Shown here: in pieces, positions 23,801-35,800 of the stretch
How the letters are laid out: every line of letters begins with the position of its first letter
Position numbering within the stretch: the stretch's first letter is position 1
Assembly (NCBI GenBank): GCA_001724265.1
Contig: MEDY01000001.1
Span: 124,001 to 188,000, forward strand
DNA length: 64,000 nt
Origin: Rhizaria sp. SCN 62-66
Taxonomy: Eukaryota
Direction of reading: 5' to 3'
Notes under the pieces: generated by a model
The model's input: only the letters and a program-made list of their open reading frames with translations
Databases searched by the model: none
What the model was told of the DNA's origin: nothing
Translations under genes and position numbers: made by a program

Positions 23801-26800
23801 CGCGGCCGCGCTGCTGCGGACGCTGTTCTGCCGCCGCAAGTGCCGCTGCTGCGCCTTGTCATCGGCGGCGCGGTGCGTTTCGACCGCTACTGCTCCGCTG
23901 CGATAATCGCTGCTGCTGGAGAGGCGCCCACGGGCGGTGCGGCCACCGGTGGCTCTGGACTCGCAGGCTCGCCGGCGCCCATTGCCATTGCGACCATGCC
24001 CGCTAGCGCGGGTGGAAGCCCCGGGACCTCCGCTGCAGGATCCGCGAGCTCCGCCACAAACGCGAACGCAACGGCTAATAGTAGCATTGTCTCGATGCCG
24101 ACGCCGCCGCCGTGGTCGTTGCAACTTACGCTCACTGCGCTGCGTGGCATCGAGTACGTGTCCGCCGATCCTCTCGTGCAAACCGACGGTTCTACTACTG
24201 ACAACGCAAACATGGAGCAGGTTAGCAGTGTTGTGGGCCGTGGCTTCCTGTGGCGCCGCGGTCCCGCCGTGTTTGCCCGCGCGCACACACAGCTGGTGCC
24301 CGTGGAAGCAGTCACGGGAGCGCACTTCGATCACCGCGAGCAGGCGCGGCTCGATGCAGAACACTCGACCGCGCGCAAGCGCCGTGGCGGGCTCAGCAGC
24401 GGCGTCAGCTCCGGCGGCACTCTAGCGCTCCCGACATCGATGTCGACGGCGGCACGGAGATCGCTCTCCTGGCTCGACGACGAAGACGAGGATGTCGCCG
24501 TTGCGCCCGGTAGCAGCGGCCCCGTGACGCCACCGCGGCGCACTGCGAGCCCGGTCGTGACGACGGGGCTGCCGCAGAGGTCGCTGTCGCCGCTGCAGGT
24601 GGGCCGCGACCGCAGCGGCAGCGCTGTGTCGACCGTCTCTCGGGGCTCGCAGTCGCAGTTCGTGGACTGTGAGGAAGCCGACGTCGCCGCCGTGCGCGCC
24701 GCGCTCCCCGGCGCCGCCGCCGCCGAGATCGCGCTTGCCGCCGCGCGCCGCGCAGAGGAGCTCGCCATCGCGACCGCTGAGGCGGCCGAGGCGGCCGCTG
24801 CAGCCGAGGCGGCTGCGCGCGCGCAACAGGACGACGACGCCGCTGCTGCGGCCGCGGGCGACGCTGAGGCTGCCACCGCTGCCGCGGCCGCTGCGCGGGA
24901 CGAAGAGGTCGACGCCGAGCTGTCGTCGCTGCCGCTGCCCGCAAACCCGCTATTCAACCTGCCGCCGCTGCCTTTCCCGCTGGCGCGCGAGGGCGACCAC
25001 GAGCCGATCATCAGCGTCTTTGCGTGTTACGGGCCCGCGACGGCTGCGCCGTGGGTGCTGCCCGCCGCGCTTGCCAGTGGCAGCGCTGCGGGAGCCTCCG
25101 CCGGCGACGATGAGACTGCGTTGACTGTGACGCCGCCTCCTGGTGTCGCCGCGGTAGTCATTGAGCCCCTTGCGCTGCTGGTGCCGCCGCGTCTCATCAC
25201 GATGATGCTGCTGTTTGCGCTGAACGCCAACACGGAGACTCCTGCTCCTACGCTCTCCGCGTACGTTCAACAGCCCGCTGCTTCTGCGGCAACATTGCCT
25301 ACATCTAGCGCGTCCGGTAGCAGTGCCATTAGCCCTGCGTCGACTGTTGGCGCAAGCTCTGGACTGTTCCCCAGTCAGTCGTTCTCATCGCGTCTGGCGT
25401 CCCTCTCACCGCTGCTACCGTCGCCCTCCGCCGCTGCTGCTGCTGCCTCGCCGTTTGAAGTCGCCACATCGCCGCCCAAGCCTTGGTTTGCGCACGTGCT
25501 TGTGCTGCGGCCTGCCTTCGTCTGGCCCTGCCACTTGCAGCCTCCCGCGGAGAGCGTCCCTGCCATGATTGCGACGACTGCGCTGACTAAGGCCGCTGCA
25601 GTCAAAAATGCAGTCGAGGGCGCGCTGGTACTTGAAAGCGCCTGGATTGAGGTCAAGCTGGGTCACCCGAGCGCAAAGTCCGCCGCGCGCTCGCCGCAGG
25701 CAAGCAACTTGAATGGCGCAAACGCCGCGTTTGGGCTCGACCCCATCGCTGCGGGCACAGCTGCGAGCGCAGGTCACGGCGTCGCCGGTGACCTCGACGA
25801 TGAAGAGGACGAGGGCACGATCAACGTCGCCGTGTCGCTCGCAGGTGGCCGCATTCTGCTTGCGCACCGGCGCAGGCGGTACCAAGCCATTGATCAGATG
25901 CCCGCCAGTGCGAACTCCAGCCATCGTCTTGGATCTCACCGCGATGGTGGAGATATCGACGATGACGATGACGAGCACGAGCATCACGGTCATGCGCATC
26001 ACGAGCAGGGTCGCCACGGGGCTGCGCCCGCGATTGTGCGCGTGACTGAGCTCATTTCTGGCCGCCGCCAGCGCGCGTTTGCGTCGGGCGCTGTTCCTAC
26101 TTACGTAGCCGCGCACGCGAGTCCGTTCCGGCGTCCGCGCTCTGACAGCAGCATCAGCAGTAGCAGCAGCAGCGCCAGCGCGGTCGCAGCGGCTGCAGCG
26201 GCTGCGTCTATGGCTGACGACGAGACGCTGCCGCGTTGGCTGCTGCCGACGCTGGGGGCCGACTGTGATCTGTATGCAGGCGCCTGCGCCCGCGTTGCAG
26301 TGAGCCTGCCGCTGGGTGTCACTGTCGACAAGAAGGCCGCAGTCGGCGCCACCGTCGCGCGTCTGCGCCACGTGGCTGCGACGACGCTGCGTGATCTATC
26401 CGTCGCTGCTCGCTCTGGCCCGCTCGCACCCGCTCTGAGTCAGGCCGCGCTGCGTGAGCTCTCTTCTGCGCACGCCAGCGTTACTGCTGCGGCGTCCGCT
26501 GCTGCCGCCGAGCCCGACTGCGTTATTGACGGCTCTGTTGGTGCCATCACCGTCACGGTCTCGCCCGCGGTCGTCGCCGCGCTGCACTCCGCCGTGACTA
26601 CGCTCGTGGCTGAGGTGGCCGAGTCAGCGATCATGGTCGAGACTGCGCGCCATAGCGGCGATGACGCTGGCGCCAAGCACGCGGCTCAGCGGGAGGAGGA
26701 CAGCAAGACTGAACAGCAAAAGCCGTCTGCGTCCACTGCCACGAGTCCCACCAGCGCCGCCAAGGACTCGCCTGTGGTGCCCGCGTGTTCGCTCGCTGCG

Positions 26801-29800
26801 AGCATTTCCGTTGCTCTGGCCACGCTGCCGCCGACCGAAGCTGAGATCTTGGCCCTGCTGATGCCGCCGTCACTCGCCGCTCTGCTGCCGCCGGTCGTGC
26901 ACAGTCGCATCACACTCGCTTCGCTCACCGCAGTCATTGTCACCAAGCCGTTCGGAGTTGCTGACAGTATCGCGAATGCGGTTGGCAGCTGGGCCGAGGC
27001 TGCGCGGCTGCGGCTTGCCGGTGTGCGCGTTGCTGCATCGGCTGCCGGTCCGGAGAATCTCGCGTTGCGTGTGACGGCGGCGACTATTGATGGTCGCCGC
27101 ACCGAGACGAGCCCGCTGTACTTCGCGCCCGCGCTGAGCCACACCTACACCGACGGCGTATTCACGCTCACGCGCAATGTGCCCGCAGCCGGCACTGCTC
27201 CTGGTGAGCTTGAGCGCGCCGTCGAGCGCACGATGCCGATGCTTACTGTCACCGCGCCTGTCGCGTCACGCCACGCAGTCACGGCTGACATCTCGCGCGT
27301 ACCGCCCACTCTGCCCTCCACGGCGCCACAGCACCGCTACGCGCGCGCGCACGCCCCGCTGTGGCAGTCGCCGCTGGTGCCGAGTCTGCCGAGCGCGAGC
27401 GTCGCAGCGGGCGCGAGCCGGCGGCCTGAGGTCGAGACGGCGATCGGTGTCGCGCTCGCGCCTCTGTGCGCGCGCTGGTTCCCTGATGTCGTCGCCAGCA
27501 TCAACGCTATCGCGCGTATTGCGATCACGAATCCTGTTTCCGACGCTGCATCAGCTGCACCGGCTGCTCCCACTGTGGTTCCTGTGGGCGCGACGGCAGC
27601 ATCTAACGCTGACGCTGTGACTGCACAGCCCGTCGCAACCGCCTCTGTCGGCGCGCCAGCGCTGCGCCGCCTCATTGCGCTGCGTATCAGCCTGTCGTCC
27701 ACGCGTGTATTCGTGCCCGACTGCTCCGGTCTGCTGGCGCCCACGCAAGGTCCTTGCTCGGCCGCGCCGCCCTCCGTGCTTTTTGAGGCGTGTTTCCCAC
27801 AAGGTGCAGTCACGATCGAGTCGTTTGCTATTGCTCCGGGTGCTGCTGCCACACAAGCTCAACGCACCGCTGCAGTTCAGGCGGCCGGCGCTGCCGCTGC
27901 GTCAGCCACCGTTGCGCAGCCGATGATCGTGGCTGGAATCGACATCATCGCGACGGATCCTACGATTACTGCGCTCATGTTCCCTCCTCAGGTTGATGTT
28001 AGTACCGTCAGTGTTCCAAACTCTGAACCCGAGGCCTCGAAGACAACAGGAACTGCTGAGGCTCCTGCTGTGAAATCGACCGCGAGCGAAAGCAAATCTC
28101 TGGAGCCGACTCGTGTGCCCCTCATCATCCCTCTGACGACGCTCTACAGTCTTTTGTCACTGCCTCCACCGTCATCGTCTCCCCCAAGCAGCAATACGAG
28201 CATCAACGTGAGCAGGCTTGCTGTGCGCATCCGGCCTCAGGCCGAGCTTGCCGCGGCCGCCGCGTTTGGGCTGCCGCGCGTTAACGCATTCCAGCTGTTT
28301 CCGCCACCGGCCGCGCCTGCAGGCAAGTCTGCCGACGCTAATTCGGCGCCCTCCGAGTCTCAGGTGACGATTGACGTCGCTAATGCCGGTTTTACGCACG
28401 CGCAGCCGCTCGTATTGTCGCTTGTGGACGCAATCATCAGCCACTTGCTGCCGCCGCTGCTCGCGCCCGAGACGTACATCGCCGGCCTTGCGGGAGCTCC
28501 TGCACCAGCGGCTAGCCCGGCCTCCGCTCCAGTTCAGGCTGCCTCAGATTCCTCTATCAATGCCGCTGAGCTCGACAATGCCGCGGATGACGGCGACGAT
28601 ATGACCGGTGCGATGAGGCGCATGCTCCTGTCTGCGCTGTCACGCTACCGTGTGTCGCCCGCACCGTTGTATGCTCCCACAATTGCCGTCCGCGCGCGCG
28701 CTCTTACGGCGCTTTTGCCGCAGCGCACGAGCGGCTTGTTCGTGCGCATGCGCAAGCTCTGGCTCGCCGCAGATGCTAACAATTGCGCTACCAGCTCTGC
28801 TGCCCCAACGCATGTGCAGCCGCTTTGGCCGCGTCCGCTGACTGCAACAGCGCTTGCGCGTGGTCTAGTCGAGTTGTGCTTGCCTTTGTCGTTCTCGCTG
28901 CAGTCGCCCGCACCCACGCATCCGTACGTCAGCGGCGCCAACGCCCGCGCAAGCGCGCCGGTGGTCGGCTCGATGGCCCTGGCTGCGCTGGCGCCCGCGC
29001 TCAAGGCCGGGTTGATGCACGCTCATCTCACGCGTGCAGACGTGACGGTGGCGCCAGTGCGCCACACCTGGGTTGGTGCCGCACCCGCCTCTGCGCCCGC
29101 GAATGCGCCCGCGAATGCGACTAATGGCGGTGATGAGCCACGGTTTGAGGCGCAGGGCTCGGCGGCCGGTGTGGACCCGACCAAGCTGCTGCAGTCGACT
29201 GTGGAGCGCACGCGGCTTACCTTCCGTGCCGCTCCCTTCATGTTGCGCACTCTGACGTCCTACGCTGCGCACCCTGGCGACGGCAAACACGTCGCGAAGC
29301 CAACTTCCACTGCGGATGACGAGGATGACGGCGGCGTGACGTTTCCCAGTGGCGTGACAGGCAACCTGATGTTCGTGCCCATTGCGCTCATTGGCGACAT
29401 CACGCCAACGCGCGCCGGTGGCTCGCAATCTTTCGGACTGATGGGCGCCGACGCGGGCGCCGGTGCGGGCGACACTGTGACGGGCGTCCGCGCGCCGTGC
29501 GTGCCTCGACAGGCGACCGTGACAAACGTCGACGCCGGCGCGCTGCCGCCGATGATTCCCGCGCTCGCGCCTGACGATCCCGTGATGGTGGCGTCGTACA
29601 ACGAGCTCATCTTGCAGCAACATGCGATGCAGCCGCAGTCGGCCGACAGAGACGCAGCCAAGGAGCGTTCTAGCAACGATGATGCGAGCGCTGACTTCAT
29701 GAGCCGCTGGCATCGCGGGAGCGAGCTCTGGGCGCCGCTCTGCATTGACATCTGTGTTCCGCGCGTGCGCGGTGTCCTAACTTCTGTGCTGTACATGCGC

Positions 29801-32800
29801 TTGATCGAAACCATCGAGAACAACTTCAGTGCGACTGGTGGCAACATCGCCAGCTCTTTGCTGCCGCATGTGCCGATCAATATCGGCGATTGTTCGCGTT
29901 CTCTGCAGAACCTCGGTCCGTCGCTCGCGCAGCCACCGCTGGACGCGTGGGTCCCACTGCCGCACTCGAATCTGCACATCTCTGTGCGCGTGACCTCGAT
30001 GCGCGTGCGCATTCGCGACAACCTACCCCGGCTTCCCCCGCACGACACGGTTGCCTCTGCGACCCCCGCCACTCTGCCGCCGGCCTTCTCAGGCGAAGTG
30101 ACGCTGGCGGGCGCGCGAGTGCTGGTGTGCGACTACGACACGCCCGTGGGCGTTGCTGGCTGGGTCGCGGAGGCCGCGTCTGCTGCCGCCACCGCCACTG
30201 CTGCCGACACTTCTGCCGACACAGTTGGTAACACAGGTTTTGCGTACAGCGACCTGGGTCGCGGCAGCCTCATCGACCCGACGCTGCGCACGGCGGCGAC
30301 TGTGAGCGTCACGGCGAACTTTGTGAATATAGCACGTCTCTCGCACGACACAGCGGCCGATCCTTGCCCCGTCACGATCATATCTGCCGGCGAGGATCCG
30401 GACGCGCACGGCGCCGATGGGACAGATAAGAATGCAGACCACTCTGACGACGCTGCATCTGCACACCCTAACTTGATTGCGCCGCCGCCGTCCATGTCGC
30501 CAGTACTTGCGGTTACCTACGCTGACTGCCGCGCGGTGACCCCCGCCCGCCCGCGGAAGCTGCTGCCGGCGCACGCCGCGGCGGCCCTGGCAGCGGCTGC
30601 GGGGGTGGCGCCTCTGTCGCGCGGCGTGCCCGAGCCGGTCGCTGAAGTCGCAGCGCCCATCTCTGGCCCCGTCCCGCGCGTGTGGGTGCGCGTGGCGTCG
30701 CCGGCGCTTACCGCGGAGCTGGAAGCCGTGTTCGGCGCCGTTGCGTACTTTGTGCGGGCGCACAAGGGCGCGCCTGACTGCCTACCCGGTCCCCTGGACA
30801 CGCCCGTCGCCGATGTCGATGGCAATATTATTGATGCTAACACAGAGACGAAGGTTGCTTTGCCAACGCTGGACCTTCAGCGGCCGCAGTCTATCTCGCT
30901 CACTGTCAACGTGTCTGTCTCGGCACCGCGCATCCGCGTGCCCTTCACAGCGATGCGTACGGGTCCCGCCATCGCGGTTGTTGCTGAACAGATCTCCGTT
31001 ACGTACTCTCGTGATGCGGCGACTGGTGGCGCTACTGCATCGTTCCCTGGTGCTTTTCGTCCCGGTTTCGACTGCATTCTTCTTGAGAACATTGCGCGTG
31101 GTGCGCTCGTCGTGCGTGTGAACGCTCTTCAACTGTTACTGCCAGAGTCTGCATATCGCACCGCAACAAGCCCCACTGCCCAGGGCTCTGGTCCTGCCCT
31201 CGGCGCCGTTGCAGCAGCTGCCCAGTCAACCTCCGAGTTGCGCTTGTTCTTGTCGGCTCTCGCTGCGACGACTCGAGTCATGAAGCCCGGCTCTGGTGAC
31301 AGCAACAAACCCACCGCGCTCGCGCCGTACGGATCCTCCGCTGCAAAGCCCGCGGTTGGTGCGGCGGCGTGGGGCGCAGCGGCGGCTGAAAGCTTGACGC
31401 TGCACCCTTTGGAGCTCACGGTCACTCTCGGCGTGCTCATTGCAGCACTGCCAACTGCGAACTCGCGCCTGACGCCCACAGTCTCCGGCAACGGTGCTGT
31501 GCCCGCGCTGATCAATGCCGTCGATGAGTCGGTGTTCTCCAGCAACGTCTGTGTCACCGTCGCCAGCGCCAGCCCCGCGCCGCGAAACGCGTCCAGTGCA
31601 GCCCCTGCAGCTCCGCTGCCGCCGGTCACGATTGTGGCGTGTCCGCGTCGCGTGCCCGTGATCATGTCAGTCGTGTTCAGCGTCCTCTCGCGTCTGCAGC
31701 TGGGGCTGGCCGCGCTCGGTGTGATGCCGTGCCCACCAGCGCGATACCCGTATCCAGCGCCCGCGCCGCCCACGCACCTGGAAGTGTTGCGTTTTACACT
31801 GCAGCTGCCGGCCGCCGATGTCGTTGTCTGCCGCTCCCTCGGCGACTCTACAGACGCTGCCGGCGAGCCGCTGCCGCTGGCCGCCAGCGCGATGTTGGGC
31901 GCGACGATCCGCGTCACCGCGCGCGACTTCTCGCTCTGCTCCGACGTGACCGAAGAAGCGCACCCCGACGCCGCGCAGCCGGGCTCGCGGTCCGCCGCGA
32001 CCGCGCTGGCCATCACGGCGACCGCGGGCGTGGACCTGCCCGCTGGCCCGCTGCTCGAGGGCCTGGCGCGCTCCGTGCCGCCCGCGGCCTCAAGCGCAAG
32101 CGCAGCGACCGGCGTGCTCAGCGGGGACGGGTGGCGCGCGCGCCTGGCTGCGGCGCTGGCGTCCGTGTCTTCGCGCGGCGGCACGCTGCCGCTGGCGCTG
32201 CTGCCGGTATGGGAGCCGCTGCTGTCGCCCGTCACTGCGCGCGTGAACGTGAACAACCACGCCTCGCACGACAGCGAGCGCGAGCTCCAGCCGCAGCAGC
32301 AGCAACAACAGCAGCAGCCGAGGCCTGTGGTGCTCGGCGACTCGATGGTTGCCCTGCCCGCCGCCGCTGCAGAGACTGCGCTGACTGCGCTCGCGCCCGC
32401 GGTGCGGCATTTTGCAGCCGCCTCGCAGTCAGGCTCACGGCCACAGTCGTCACCGCAGTCCGTATCAAAGCTGCTGGACACCGCGACCGCGATCGAGGTC
32501 GCGGTTTTGACGCCTGTGGTGGTGATAGCTTCACTGTCGGCACTGGCGCATGAGGCTGCTGACGCGATTTCGACAGTAGCTGCGCTCGTGCCCGCTGCCA
32601 TCGCGTCACTGCCGCCGGGGCTTGTGCAGCCATCGAAGCAGCTACCGCTGTGCCAAACAACCGCGTCGTCTGTCCCTCAGACTGTCACGCCCACTGTCTT
32701 CACACATTCGCTGCAATCCGCCGCTACAGCTGCCGCGTTGACCGCGGTCGCGGGTCGGCTTCGCGCGCTACCGAGCCCCGCCCCATCTGGCTCGTTAACA

Positions 32801-35800
32801 GCAGCGCAGCAGCTGTCGTTCGCGCAGCGGCCGCGTGCGCGCGTAGCTGACGCTGCAGTGCTGCGTTCGCTGCATCTAGCGAAGCTTCGCGCGGGCTCTT
32901 GGCGCGCCGCAGATGCTGCGACGCGTGCCGCTGCCGCCGAGGCCGCGGCGCACAGTATGTCATCTGAACAGCTCAGTTTGGCGCCGGCGCTGACATCAGC
33001 GGTCTACTCGACCATCGCCACCGTCGCCGCTGCGGGCAAGACCGGCGGCATCTCCGGCGCCGTCAAGCAGTTCCTCGGTATCTCCGCCTCTGGCACGGGT
33101 GCTGAAGTCGGCGCAGATGCTGCCGCCGCAGCCGCGACCGCCGCTGAGGCGATTCCACTTGTTCTGGCCCAGGTCGCGTCCGTGCCCTCTTTCCACGACG
33201 ACGAAGACGACGGTGCCACTGCTGATGTGGCCGCGAGCGATCTCCCCGCGCTGCCGCGAGGACTGTGGCACTGGTGGGGCGGCGCAGCCGCTGCTGACCC
33301 TGCTGCGCCCCCGTTGTACCACAACTACCCCCTGGTCTCGCCAGCTGCAGTCGCGGCAGCTGCCAACGCGCACGCCGCTGCTATTGCGGCCGGCGCCGCT
33401 GACTCTGGCGGTTGGGGAGTATTTTCAGCCTTCACCGGCGGCTCTGGCGAAGTATCGGCAAGCGCAGCCAGTGTTGCTGCGAGTGCGAGAATGGCGATGC
33501 CAGAGGAAATCACGCCGCTTGTTGGTGCGAAGGCGCGCAAGGCGCTCGCAGCCGCGCTGAAGGCAGCCCGCAGTGGCTGGGACGCTCCGCACGCCGCCGA
33601 GGTCACAGTGGCTGCGCTGGCGCAGGGCTACGTGGTGCTGACGCGCGACAGCAACGGCGAATGGTCTCAGACATCTGCACTGCACAGTGACAATCATGCC
33701 AGCGGCGTCGTTTCACCTGCTAATACCGCCGTCTCTGCTATTGGCAGTGCTCTTGTGGGTTAGTCGCCGCAGTACACTGCGTGGCTACACCCCCGTGCAG
33801 TCTGTGCGCTGCTGCCGCATTCCATGACCCCGGTCCGCGCCACTGCGATGCTCTCTGCTCCCACAGCAACGGCGCTTCAGTCAGCTGCTTCAGTTCCCGA
33901 GGGCGCGTTTGCTGATGGCGCGTTAACGAGTGGGTCTGTCAGCTCTCGCCAGCTCCGCTCTCTTTTCACACGCATCACCACTGTCACTGAGTCTGCCAAC
34001 GCTGAGAGTGCGGTCACGACACTGTGGTACGCTCAGTATGATACGCTCTGTGCAAAATCACCCACTGTCGCACCGCAGCCACTGTTCACAGTAACCAATA
34101 CGAGCTCGCTTGCGCTCTCATTACGGCGCGCAACGACACTACACGCTGGATCGCAGTCGTCTGCGCGCGCTGCGACGCTTCCCGTTGCGCTTCCCTCTGG
34201 CTCCGCCGTCGCGCCCGTCTGGCTCTGGGCCGCCCCACGCTCACGTCAACAGCAGCAGGCGCAAAGCGAGATGAACGGTGACCACGAAGAGTTCTCGCCA
34301 GTCGCTTTTGCGCTCTCGTTCGCGATCGCTGGTCACGACCGCTACAGCCCGCCCGTCGTCGTCTCTGCCGCCGCCACCGCGGGCCAGCGCGCGGCTGGTG
34401 TTGTCGTCGAGTCGGTCTTCACACTGCGGCTGCGCAAGCCCACTGCGCCTGTCCCGCCGGCCACTGCGGCCGCGCCCGTGACAGCGACGGTGCTGGCTGA
34501 CGCCGCGCGCGACTCCTGGGCTCTGCTCACGGTCACCGCACGCTACAACACTGTCACGGGCGCGTGCGCCGTCACGTTGTGTGACACAGCGCTGCCCATC
34601 GCGGCCGCGCTGCCCGCGCCCTCCGCCGCCGCGCCCGTCGTGCTGGGCAACGACACCAAGTACTGCATGTGGGTGCGCCAACGCAACCTGTGCCGCCGCG
34701 CGCCGACCGTTGCCATCGCGGCGCCTGCGGGCTCCGCAGCGGCCCCGCGTCACGCACTCGTGGTGCACCCGACCGACGCGTCCGAGGGTTGGGTCTGCGC
34801 AGCGCCGGGCACGGTCGTCGAGTTCGCCTGGGAGGCGCCAGTGACCGCGGCGCCCGCCACGGCCGCGGCGCCCGGCTGGGACTGTGCGCGGTGCGCGGCG
34901 CGGGCCGCGGCGGCGCCCGGCACGGCGCACGTGACTGGTAGCTGCGGCTTCACGCACCAGCTGGAGCTGTGCTTCACGGCGCCGCAGCAGCACGCGCTGC
35001 GGCCGAGTGCGGACCCCGTCGCGGTTGCTGCCGCCGCCTCGCCGGGCGCCGCCGCGGTGCCGCCCGCGCTGCTGGTCGACAGCAGGCTCTACTGCCCCGT
35101 AGTGAGCCCACTGCAATACAACCAGACGCTCACGCTCACGGTCCCGACCGCTGCGGCCGCAGCGGGGGCGGCTGCCACCGAGCCCGCGACTGTGGTCGTG
35201 AGCAGCTGTTTTGACCACACCCGCGGTCGCCCCGCGCTCACGGTCTCCGGTACCGACTCCGCGCGCGCCGCAACTGCTGCACCGGTCGCCAACAACGCAG
35301 CTGCGTTATTCCTGCCGCCGTCCGTGTTCTCCCTCTCTGTCTCTGTGCCGCGCGTGAGTGTGCTGCTGTCGGTCGAGGCCCGCGCGCGCCGCTCGCAGCG
35401 CGTGACGGCGCTTGCACGCGCCCTTGTGCCCGCCGCTGCAGCGACCACCGCGAGACTCAGCAGTGACAGTGCAAGCGCATCGAGCAATGCAAGTGCCAGT
35501 GCAAGTGCCGGTGCGAACGCTACTGGCGCAAGCTTGAGCGCGGAGACTGTGCGCAACCGGCTGCTGTTCTCGCTTGCGTCGCGCGTGTATCTGCCGCCCG
35601 CGCCCACGGTCACGGTATCTCTTGTCGGCGTCGCGCTCTCAGCCGCGTTCTACACGCTCGGCCGCCCGCGCACACGTCTGCTCGCCAACGCTGTTGCAGC
35701 ATCCACTGCCTCTCAGAGCGCCTGGAACGCATCTGCGGCCGAGTCACCTGCCAGTGCTCTCACGCGCGCGCTCGCCGCATTCGCGCCACCCGTGTTCGCG

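Noticed and set aside
33759-33800. 42-nt in-frame intron GTTAGT...GCAG removing TAG3, and similar mini-introns ending at TAG4 or the ABCC TAG
   Set aside because: The donors do not fit GTACG, and length and composition differ from the eight inferred introns. At TAG2, using the TAG as acceptor would delete a conserved VPS13 helix. RNA-seq is needed for a final answer.
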